DNA of 64,000 nucleotides from Bdellovibrionaceae bacterium UBA6502 (GTDB lineage Bacteria; Bdellovibrionota; Bdellovibrionia; Bdellovibrionales; UBA840): NCBI GenBank assembly GCA_002436415.1, contig DJMA01000007.1, positions 17,912 to 81,911 of the forward strand, read 5' to 3'. Shown piece by piece: positions 56,465 to 64,000 of this stretch (position 1 is its first letter; each line of letters starts with the position of its first letter). The notes under the pieces were generated by a model. It saw only the letters and a program-made list of their open reading frames with translations, ran no database searches and was not told where the DNA came from. The position numbers and the translations under genes were made by a program.

Positions 56465-56704
56465 TTAGCTCATGAAATCGTGAGCACGAACAGTTTTACG
56501 TCCGTTAGCTTCAGCACGCTTAGTAGCTTGCTCGATAAGTAGGTAAACCCACTCATTCAAACCTTCAATAGCATCAGCAGATACGTTTACATCTGACTCT
56601 TTAAGAGCAGATTTTACTTTGCTACCAACTAAAAGCATTTCTTTAGTCTTAGCAGTTTTCTTTGCAGTAGTTTTCTTCTTAGTAGTTTTTTTCTTAGCAG
56701 CCAT
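56465..56704 (-). CDS. bacterial histone-fold DNA-binding protein (HBb/Bd0055-like) with Lys/Thr-rich N-terminal tail
   Basis: Residues 23-79 are MLLVGSKVKSALKESDVNVSADAIEGLNEWVYLLIEQATKRAEANGRKTVRAHDFMS. They align helix1-L1-helix2-L2 with archaeal HMfB, including the GRKT[VI]-x3-D signature. Residues 1-22 are MAAKKKTTKKKTTAKKTAKTKE. An AAGGAG Shine-Dalgarno sequence lies 6 nt upstream, and the gene has its own terminator. Confidence 0.75.
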   Translation of the reverse strand: MAAKKKTTKKKTTAKKTAKTKEMLLVGSKVKSALKESDVNVSADAIEGLNEWVYLLIEQATKRAEANGRKTVRAHDFMS

Positions 56705-56744
56705 GACAAACTCCTTGTGCTGTTTTTTGTTTAAGTGAAATCAG

Positions 56745-56772
56745 CATATAGATAGGGAAAAAAGCTTGTCCA
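56745..56772 (-). promoter_or_regulatory. possible promoter of the histone-fold gene
   Basis: On the minus strand the sequence is TGGACA-N16-TATATG, preceded by a T-rich UP-like tract. Confidence 0.3.
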
Positions 56773-56936
56773 GTAAAAAAAATAAGGAAATTGAAAAACG
56801 TCTTAAAAAGCGCAAAAAAAGGTCAAAAATGCCGCGTTAGCATAGAAATTCTGGCTTTTAAAGCATTCCATTAGCTCGTGCTTGCTAAGAAAATGTCTCC
56901 TGGTATAGTGTATTTCGTGATTAGAGGTGAGTTAGC

Positions 56937-57515
56937 ATGATTGCAAGAATTCGTGGAAAAGTATTATGTATTGAAGAAGAAAGTTTGGTAGTAGATGTGC
57001 AAGGATTAGGCTATGAGCTATTTTGCAGCGCGAATACAATGGACCAAATTTTACCGGGAGACGATGTTGATCTTCAAGTCTTTACTCACGTAAGGGAAGA
57101 AGTGCTGCAGCTATTTGGCTTTATCGACCGTAGCGAGAAGAGCTTGTTTTTATCTTTATGTAAGGTAAACGGCATTGGTCCTAAGATGGCTATGCAGATT
57201 CTGTCAGGGGCTCGCCCAGAAATGATTATTTCCTGGATTGACCAAGGGGATGTAAAAGCTTTGATGAAATTACCAAAGCTTGGAAAGAAAAAAGCAGAAC
57301 AGCTAGTTTTGTCGTTAAAAGGAAAACTAGTGATGGAAGAAGATGCTCAGTCTGTTTTAAAGCTTAGCCCTGAGAAGCAAGATTTAAAATCAGCCTTAAT
57401 GAACTTAGGTTATAATGAAGAACAAGTAGAAGGTGCCATTAAAGAAATTGGTGACTTCAGTGGTTTAGAAAACGGAATCCGAAAAGGTTTAGGGATTCTT
57501 AGCGCGGGATTATAA
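56937..57515 (+). CDS. ruvA: Holliday junction branch migration complex subunit RuvA
   Basis: MIARIRGKV...VDVQGLGYEL is the RuvA N-terminus. The HhH motifs are VNGIGPKMA and LPKLGKKKAEQL. Confidence 0.92.
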   Translation: MIARIRGKVLCIEEESLVVDVQGLGYELFCSANTMDQILPGDDVDLQVFTHVREEVLQLFGFIDRSEKSLFLSLCKVNGIGPKMAMQILSGARPEMIISWIDQGDVKALMKLPKLGKKKAEQLVLSLKGKLVMEEDAQSVLKLSPEKQDLKSALMNLGYNEEQVEGAIKEIGDFSGLENGIRKGLGILSAGL

Positions 57516-57518
57516 TAA

Positions 57519-58547
57519 ATGGCAAGAATTGTAAGCGGTGAAAACCTTAGTACACGAGAAGACAAAATCGAAAAGAGTCTCCGTCCAACGCGATTTGAGG
57601 ATTTTCCGGGGCAACATAAGGTGAAAGAAAAAATTCAGATTTATGTGCAGGCAGCAAAAAAACGTGCTGAGGCCATGGATCATACTTTATTGTGTGGGCC
57701 TCCTGGTTTAGGAAAAACCACGCTTTCTTATATTTTAGCGCAAGAGTTGGATGTTCCTATTAAAACCACCTCAGGCCCTGCATTGGACAAAAAAGGGGAT
57801 TTAGCTGCTATTTTGACGAGCTTACAACCCAATAGCATATTATTTATTGATGAAATTCACCGTTTAAACAAAGTGGTGGAAGAATATTTATATTCTGCCA
57901 TGGAAGACTATACGATTGATATTGTCACAGGTGAGGGCTTAGGGGCTCGTACCATGAAGTTTAGCTTGGCCCCCTTTACCTTGGTAGGTGCAACCACTCG
58001 AGCTGGTTTAATGGATAAACCTTTTTTAGATCGCTTTGGTATTGTTGAAAGACTTAGTTTTTATGACCAAAAAGACCTTGCGAAAATCGTGGAAAGATCG
58101 GCTTATCTTTTAGAGGTAAAGATGCAAGAAGAGGCCGCACTTGAGATTGCGGGACGTTGTCGCGGGACTCCACGAATTGCTAACAGGCTTTTGAGAAGAG
58201 TCAGAGACTTTGCTGAAGTTAAATCGGAAGGTGTGGTAACCAGAGAAGTGGCGAAGTTTGCACTAGAACAACTAGAGGTGGACTCTGTTGGACTTGATGA
58301 TATGGATCGACAAATCCTATCTGTAATTTGCGAAAAATTTGCTGGTGGACCTGTTGGTATTGATACACTGGCCGCGAGTCTTTCTGAAGAACGGGGAACC
58401 ATTGAGGAAGTTTATGAACCATATCTGTTGCAGCAAGGTCTAATTCAAAAAACTCCACGAGGACGAGTTGCTACTAATAGCGCTTTTGAGCATTTGGGTT
58501 TATTGACTGAGGCGAAGAAATCAGAATCTAAAGACCTAGTTTTATAG
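57519..58547 (+). CDS. ruvB: Holliday junction branch migration DNA helicase RuvB
   Basis: [12 protein letters not shown] is present, with Walker [10 protein letters not shown], Walker [10 protein letters not shown] and [16 protein letters not shown]. Confidence 0.96.
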   Translation: MARIVSGENLSTREDKIEKSLRPTRFEDFPGQHKVKEKIQIYVQAAKKRAEAMDHTLLCGPPGLGKTTLSYILAQELDVPIKTTSGPALDKKGDLAAILTSLQPNSILFIDEIHRLNKVVEEYLYSAMEDYTIDIVTGEGLGARTMKFSLAPFTLVGATTRAGLMDKPFLDRFGIVERLSFYDQKDLAKIVERSAYLLEVKMQEEAALEIAGRCRGTPRIANRLLRRVRDFAEVKSEGVVTREVAKFALEQLEVDSVGLDDMDRQILSVICEKFAGGPVGIDTLAASLSEERGTIEEVYEPYLLQQGLIQKTPRGRVATNSAFEHLGLLTEAKKSESKDLVL

Positions 58548-58607
58548 CTTTATAAAAGTCAAAGCATGGCTTACAAAACTTTCAGTTTAACTAGGTGTTT
58601 GCTTTTT

Positions 58608-59879
58608 CTAATCGATAAAAGCAGAGCTAGAACAATGGTTTTGTTTTCCCTGTGTGTTTAGATGTAGGCTAGCGGGATTTTTTAAACGATAATATTTTAC
58701 ATTGGTTTTGGCGAAGCTGCTGTACAGCGCATCCACGGCTCCCAGATCTTGAATTTGGTAGCTGCTAAACTTATTGATTCCGTTTTTCGTAAAAGTTAAA
58801 TCAAAGGGGAGATAGTTTGCTGCATGGATGGGGTTTTTCTTGCTGTTTGCATAAATGATAAGATCACCCACTTGTGGCATTTCAAACTCACCCATTGGAC
58901 GGTAATATCTGCTCAGGTGTTTTTTGAGTTCCTCTTTACTGCTATACTCTACGTTAAATGCAGACTGTCGACTGGAATTCATTGCACAGTTAAAACAATT
59001 TGGGCCACCTTGTTTTGAAAACTTAGCGTAAGAAAACTGCATGAATTGTGGTAAAATCTCAAGCAAATTTATTCGCAGAGGGAGTTTTGAATTTACTTGC
59101 CATTTTATGAGTAAGTACTCCTCAATTTCTTTGAAGCTCAAGCTGCCAGAAAATCGTTTGGCGATCTCACGAATGTCATTTTGCGTATTGATGTTTAAAA
59201 AGACTTCTAAATTATTATGACTTTTCAAAATCTGTTCTTGTATCAATTCATATTTTTTGGAGTCGGGGATTAAATCCCAATTAAAACGAGTAACAGGTAG
59301 TAAGAGTTTTTGATTGATAGATTGGACAACAAGGCCTTTTAATTTGTTTTTCCCTTCTGAGGAAAGATCTAAGTTTTCTAGCCATTGGCTTAAGTCATTT
59401 TCACTTTTGAAGTTAATGGCGAGAGGAAGTCCAATTGTATTGGCCATGTATTGGTAGATTTTTTGAATCTGTTGGAGTTCTAAATTTTCTAACAAGTTTA
59501 AGTCTAAAAAATAGTAAGCTCGTAGTGAGCTTTGCGAGGGAACCTCATAAAAGCTAAATAAATATCCGGTTTCTATGCCACTGCTTTGCCTTTGCATTTG
59601 TTTTGCAATGATCGAGTTTAGCTTTAGGCTCAATCCTATTTGATTTAAGTAGAGATGAAACTTTAGAGAATTGTCCACAACCCAAAGTTCTTTGTCGGAG
59701 CTAAAAACATTTTCCTGCCAGACTTGCATGACTTCGTTTGGCAGTTCCAGACTTTGTTTTTTAATATCAAGCCAAGCTGGTTGAGCTATTGCGCTTAAAC
59801 TTAATAAAAAGAAAAATAAGATAGATATCAATTTCAAAATCAGGCCTCTAGTGGCTTGAATTATAAAGCAGTCTCTCAC
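58608..59879 (-). CDS. hypothetical exported protein with possible C-terminal NlpC/P60-like cysteine peptidase domain
   Basis: The hydrophobic signal is (L)KLISILFFFLLSLSAIAQP, so an internal TTG start at 59837 is plausible. The C-terminus has GGPNCFNCA (candidate Cys), then GDLIIYANSKKNPIHAANYL about 55 aa later, resembling the NlpC/P60 pattern GDL.F......H.GIY. Confidence 0.45.
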   Translation of the reverse strand: MRDCFIIQATRGLILKLISILFFFLLSLSAIAQPAWLDIKKQSLELPNEVMQVWQENVFSSDKELWVVDNSLKFHLYLNQIGLSLKLNSIIAKQMQRQSSGIETGYLFSFYEVPSQSSLRAYYFLDLNLLENLELQQIQKIYQYMANTIGLPLAINFKSENDLSQWLENLDLSSEGKNKLKGLVVQSINQKLLLPVTRFNWDLIPDSKKYELIQEQILKSHNNLEVFLNINTQNDIREIAKRFSGSLSFKEIEEYLLIKWQVNSKLPLRINLLEILPQFMQFSYAKFSKQGGPNCFNCAMNSSRQSAFNVEYSSKEELKKHLSRYYRPMGEFEMPQVGDLIIYANSKKNPIHAANYLPFDLTFTKNGINKFSSYQIQDLGAVDALYSSFAKTNVKYYRLKNPASLHLNTQGKQNHCSSSAFID

Positions 59880-60006
59880 GAACTGCCAGTTTAGCTATAG
59901 GATTAGAAGTTTTTGCAGTACTGTAAAAAAAATTGATAGCTGTTAATTTGTACTAGGTAAAAGCAATGGTTTTAGAGTTTTCAGAGGCCGGGTTTTAAAA
60001 TAAGAA

Positions 60007-60276
60007 TTAGCGATTCAAATCATCACAATCATACTGAGTCCCAATAAAATCCCCACCAAAGCCAGCTAGCGTACAATATTTGTGGTAGAAAATGATAGGA
60101 CGGGGATCTTCGTGCTCAGGGCTTGGGGTATAAAAGGTAAAACCATCTGCGGCATAAGCGCCGTAGTGCACGTCTTCGCCCACCGGCATATCAGGTGGTC
60201 CATGGTGTTTTTCGTCACTGGCACAAGATATAAGAAATAAAATAAATAGAAGAAGTGAGACTGACTTCATGACCAT
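60007..60276 (-). CDS. small hypothetical lipoprotein
   Basis: The lipobox is in MKSVSLLLFILFLISCASD. The product is about 87 aa. Confidence 0.5.
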   Translation of the reverse strand: MVMKSVSLLLFILFLISCASDEKHHGPPDMPVGEDVHYGAYAADGFTFYTPSPEHEDPRPIIFYHKYCTLAGFGGDFIGTQYDCDDLNR

Positions 60277-60401
60277 AGGATAGCTCTAAAAATGTCTTAT
60301 TTTGCTAAAAAAGCGAGAAATTCGCCGTAATTAATTCATAAGACGAGTCGGAGCCTTCCAAAAGTCTTGTTTCTAGTAGCTGTTTCAAAGATAATGAGTT
60401 C

Positions 60402-61304
60402 ATGTATTTACAAAGCACAGTAAAAGAAAGAGTCAAAGTTGAGGGCGTTGGTCTTCATAAAGGGGAGCCTGCTTCCATTACTTTTTGCCCTGCACCAGAA
60501 GACACTGGGATTCATTTTGTTAGAAGAGACATTGAAGGTGAGCCTTGGATTTCTCCAAAGGCGCAATTCGTAAAAGCAACTCAGCTAGCCACCACTTTAG
60601 GCTCTGATTATTTTAGTGTTTCGACAGTTGAGCATTGTTTATCTGCTGTTACGGCATTACGAATTGATAATTTAATCATCGAACTTAGTGGTCCAGAAAT
60701 CCCTATTTGTGACGGCAGTGCAAAAGATTTTTATGATGCCTTAATGGCTGTGGGGGTTGTGGAGCAAGAGCAACCTAGAAAATACGTACGTGTTACTAAG
60801 CCAATCTATTTTGGAGATGGAGAAAAGCACGCTTATATCGTTCCTTACAATGGACTTCGTGTTACTTGTGAAATTGATTTTGATCATCCTGAAATCGGTC
60901 GTCAAAAAATAGACCTTGATGTAAATCCACAAAGCTTCGGAGAGGAAATTTCCCGAGCTAGAACCTTTGGTTTTCAGAAAGACGTTGATCGTCTTCACGC
61001 AGCGGGCTTAGCCCTGGGTGGTGGCTACCATAATGCAGTGGTTTTAGGAGAAGATCGTGTAATGAATGAAGAGGGGCTACGTTGGCAAAATGAGTTTGTT
61101 AGACACAAGGCTCTTGATGCTATTGGTGATATTGCCACTCTTGGTAAGCCTTTGCTTGGACACATAATTTTGTTTCGAGCAGGCCATGATTTGATGAATA
61201 AATTAATTCAAAAACTCCTCGAAAATGAAGATAGTTACGTCGAAATGGAGCTGGGAGCTGGTTTGACAGACCAAGCTGTGGTTCAAAAGACTTTGTGGGT
61301 GTAA
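60402..61304 (+). CDS. lpxC: UDP-3-O-acyl-N-acetylglucosamine deacetylase
   Basis: GVGLHKGEPASITF.PA..DTGI.F.R, STVEHCLSA and RHKALDAIGD are LpxC signatures. Confidence 0.95.
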   Translation: MYLQSTVKERVKVEGVGLHKGEPASITFCPAPEDTGIHFVRRDIEGEPWISPKAQFVKATQLATTLGSDYFSVSTVEHCLSAVTALRIDNLIIELSGPEIPICDGSAKDFYDALMAVGVVEQEQPRKYVRVTKPIYFGDGEKHAYIVPYNGLRVTCEIDFDHPEIGRQKIDLDVNPQSFGEEISRARTFGFQKDVDRLHAAGLALGGGYHNAVVLGEDRVMNEEGLRWQNEFVRHKALDAIGDIATLGKPLLGHIILFRAGHDLMNKLIQKLLENEDSYVEMELGAGLTDQAVVQKTLWV

Positions 61305-61413
61305 TTTACCCACTGAGTCATCGCTAAATTCTTGCATTCATTCAGTAATTTCCTTTAAAACTAGCTATTCTAATTTTAGCTCATAGCGGCCGTTTGTTTG
61401 AAGGAGATAGACT

Positions 61414-62520
61414 ATGATTATTGGTGTACCAAAAGAAATTAAAATCAGTGAAAATCGAGTAGGTTTAACAGAGGCAGGTGTTCAACAGCTGGTTGCCGAT
61501 GGTCATGATGTTTATGTTCAAAGAGATGCTGGTTTAGGCTCTGGAATTTCCAACGAGCTTTATGAGGAGGCAGGCGCTAAGCTTCTTGATAGCATTGGTG
61601 AAATTTATCAAAAGGCAGAAATGATTATTAAGGTGAAAGAACCTCTTCCTGCTGAATATGATCTGTTAAAAGAAGGGCAAATTCTTTTCACTTACCTTCA
61701 CCTTGCGGCGGAGCCAGCTCTAACAAAAGCTTTGTGTGATAAAAAAGTAAAAGCCATTGCCTATGAAACCATCGAGGCAAAAAATGGAAGCCTACCTTTG
61801 TTGGTTCCAATGAGTGAAGTGGCAGGAAGAATGGCTACACAAATCGGTGCTTTCTATCTGCAAAAAGACAAAGGTGGAAAAGGCATTTTGCTAGGCGGAG
61901 TGACAGGAACTAAGCGAGCAAAAGTTACCATCATTGGTGGTGGGGTTGTTGGGATTAATGCTGCAAAAATGGCGGTTGGCCTAGGTGCTGATGTGACCAT
62001 TTTAGAGGTAAATCACAGTCGCATGGAATACCTAGATGATATTTTTGATGGACGTGTAACTACTTTGTATTCAAGTATGGTTAATATCGAGTCTTGTGTT
62101 GCTGAAACAGACTTGTTGATTGGTGCTGTTTTACTTCCTGGAAAAAAAGCTCCTCATTTAGTAACGGAAGAAATGGTTCGCGGTATGCAAAAAGGTTCTG
62201 TAGTTGTAGACGTGGCTGTGGATCAAGGTGGATGTATTGCTACATGTAAACCAACGAACCACGAACAACCTACTTTTGAGTTAGATGGTGTGATTCATTA
62301 TTGTGTTCCTAATATGCCAGGTGTGGTTTCTAGAACTTCCACTTATGCACTGACAAATGTAACTCTTCCTTTTGCAAGAAGAATTGCTAGTCTGGGAGTT
62401 GAAGAGGCTATTGCTAATGATGAAAATCTACTAAAAGGTTTGAATGTGTATGATGGCTACGTTAGGTATGAGCCGGTGGCTACGGATTTAAATCTAGAAT
62501 ATCGTCCATACGGTCAATAA
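61414..62520 (+). CDS. ald: alanine dehydrogenase
   Basis: [23 protein letters not shown] is present, with the NAD motif [12 protein letters not shown] and VDVAVDQGG. Confidence 0.95.
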   Translation: MIIGVPKEIKISENRVGLTEAGVQQLVADGHDVYVQRDAGLGSGISNELYEEAGAKLLDSIGEIYQKAEMIIKVKEPLPAEYDLLKEGQILFTYLHLAAEPALTKALCDKKVKAIAYETIEAKNGSLPLLVPMSEVAGRMATQIGAFYLQKDKGGKGILLGGVTGTKRAKVTIIGGGVVGINAAKMAVGLGADVTILEVNHSRMEYLDDIFDGRVTTLYSSMVNIESCVAETDLLIGAVLLPGKKAPHLVTEEMVRGMQKGSVVVDVAVDQGGCIATCKPTNHEQPTFELDGVIHYCVPNMPGVVSRTSTYALTNVTLPFARRIASLGVEEAIANDENLLKGLNVYDGYVRYEPVATDLNLEYRPYGQ

Positions 62521-62572
62521 GGTTTTTTAAATTTAAATTTAAATTGAGGCTTCTGAATATCAGAGGCCTTTT

Positions 62573-63307
62573 TTATATTTCTCGGGACCAAAAAATAGAC
62601 CAAACAAGAAATTGATCTTTTGCATTGGTGGGTGAAGAGGTAAATCGATCACCTAGTTGGTTTTGAGTAAGGTTAAAGGCGATGCTTCCGCTTTGTTCTA
62701 TGATGTAGATAAAGCTTAGGTGAAGTACGTCTTTCGTGCCTATATCATCAACTTGATAAGCAGAATAATAAGAAGATTCGGAATTCTGAACACCATAATA
62801 AAAGTTGATAAATTCTTTGCTGTAAAACTCTCGTGTTAAAGAGGGAATGAATAGAAAGTTGTCTAATACCTGGAATCTCCATCCTAATCCAACGGAGGCG
62901 TTTTCACCTTTGTAGGTTCTTGCAATGTCTTTGTGATAGCCAAAGTTCAAAAAATAAAGTCGAAAACTGAAACCTGCATCCACAGTGGTGTCTCTAAGAC
63001 GAATGTCTCTAGATTCATAACGATCCCCGGAGGCTTTTAAGGATAAATCAAAAGCTATGGGGCCTTTTAATAGGTGAAATTTTATATTGGGGCCAAAAAC
63101 ACTAAGGCTTTCACCTCGGTAACTTATGACAGGAATGGTGTTCCAGCCAAAAGGCAAAGGGCTTACGGCATTGTCTTTTCTATACTCCGGAACCTCAATA
63201 TAACCAATTCCAGCGGAGAATTTAGCAAAGCAGTATTGGCTAAAAAACATTAGATAGAATTGCACTAGAATAAATACTAATTTTTTTCTTGAGACTAAAA
63301 CTGCCAT
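62573..63307 (-). CDS. mipA: MipA/OmpV family outer-membrane (MltA-interacting) protein
   Basis: A signal peptide is present. PVISYRGESLSVFGPNIKFHL resembles the MipA pattern PVISYEG..F.F.G. The sequence is a beta-strand-rich 244 aa. Confidence 0.6.
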   Translation of the reverse strand: MAVLVSRKKLVFILVQFYLMFFSQYCFAKFSAGIGYIEVPEYRKDNAVSPLPFGWNTIPVISYRGESLSVFGPNIKFHLLKGPIAFDLSLKASGDRYESRDIRLRDTTVDAGFSFRLYFLNFGYHKDIARTYKGENASVGLGWRFQVLDNFLFIPSLTREFYSKEFINFYYGVQNSESSYYSAYQVDDIGTKDVLHLSFIYIIEQSGSIAFNLTQNQLGDRFTSSPTNAKDQFLVWSIFWSREI

Positions 63308-63451
63308 GGAAATCTCCTGCTCGTTAAAATTATAAGCCTTATATTTACGGGCTTCAATGAGATGTCTGTTATTTTTCTCTAAGCTAGCCTTTCTGAAAAC
63401 TATTTTTGAATGATTAGTTTTGATGAAGAAAGTAAAAATAAAGAGCCTGGC

Positions 63452-64000
63452 TTAATTGAGATCTATGATTAGACTTCCCCAGTCATGGGTGTTGAGGTAG
63501 GTTCTTCTCCAATCTTTAAATCTTTGCTGTACTTTGATATGAGGATGGCCATATTTTTCTTTGCGACTACTCATTATAAAATTGGCTCGCTTGGATCTGG
63601 CTAATAGTTCGGTGCCACTACTAGAGTTCGATCCATGGTGAGGGACAATGATCCATTGGATGTTTTTGGGGATTTTTAGAGACCAAACTTTTTCTTCTTT
63701 TTTACCACTGTCACCGGTGAAAAGTACTTTGTCTTTGTAAAGGTATATTAGACTACTTGCATTTTTATTTTTGGCCATGGGGTTTTCGTAAATTTTTGTC
63801 AGGAAGCTAGGCTTTTGTGGGCACTTTTTTAAATTTCGAAACCAAGCTTTGTTAATGATTTTAAAATCTGGTCTTGGAAAATCAACAATACAAAGAGAAA
63901 GCTGTCGTTGGATGCTTGCTACGAAATTGTAGTGATCATAGTCGAAATGACTTAGCACCAAGGCATTGTTTTTATTTTTACATAAGTGCATGATTTTTTG
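63452..64000 (-). CDS. ComEC/Rec2-type metallo-beta-lactamase domain protein, truncated by the window end
   Basis: ALVLSHFDYDHYNF (HxDxDH-type) and IVPHHGSNSS are typical of the ComEC C-terminal MBL domain. The frame stays open upstream to position 64000. Confidence 0.7.
   Translation of the reverse strand, partial: QKIMHLCKNKNNALVLSHFDYDHYNFVASIQRQLSLCIVDFPRPDFKIINKAWFRNLKKCPQKPSFLTKIYENPMAKNKNASSLIYLYKDKVLFTGDSGKKEEKVWSLKIPKNIQWIIVPHHGSNSSSGTELLARSKRANFIMSSRKEKYGHPHIKVQQRFKDWRRTYLNTHDWGSLIIDLN

Noticed and set aside
62521-62572. The (taaatt)x3 mini-repeat and imperfect hairpin after ald.
   Set aside because: It is a short AT-rich sequence next to an imperfect terminator-like stem (ggcttctga...tcagaggcc) between convergent genes. 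It is most simply a terminator region and is too degenerate to annotate confidently.

Overview
This is an AT-rich chromosomal window, judged by eye only, with dense coding on both strands. About 59 protein genes and one tRNA can be supported. I found no rRNA, CRISPR array, transposase, integrase or phage genes. The backbone is housekeeping: rimP-nusA-infB-rbfA-truB-rpsO-pnp plus an M16 peptidase, clpS-clpA, htpX, a translationally coupled TPR-tamB-bamA block, efp, yebC-ruvC, ruvA-ruvB, fadD, lpxC, ald, psd, mscL and tRNA-Leu(CAA). Between these lie many signal-peptide proteins and envelope-active enzymes: MltA, a NodB-type deacetylase, a trypsin-like protease, an NlpC/P60-like protein, MipA and an exported tandem hotdog protein. 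That mix, together with a homologue of the Bdellovibrio-type bacterial histone, fits a Bdellovibrionota-like (predatory) genome; this placement is inference only.

The items most worth a second look are:
1. A 79-aa histone-fold protein with a 22-residue Lys/Thr-rich N-terminal tail (56465-56704).
2. An N-acyl amino acid synthase-like (FeeM/OlsB-type) domain fused to a PilZ domain (28259-29581). It is divergent from a coupled orphan ThiF(E1-like)-RidA-DUF218 operon that has no ubiquitin-like or sulfur-carrier partner.
3. A hybrid bacteriophytochrome kinase coupled to a short heme oxygenase-like gene (10330-13481).
4. An exported tandem FabA/FabZ-like hotdog protein next to an exported NodB deacetylase and MltA.
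5. Two unusually long non-coding regions flanking a LysR gene, one carrying a repeated TAGGCATT motif and a perfect 13+13 bp palindrome.

All functional calls come from reading motifs in the supplied translations. No database search was run.
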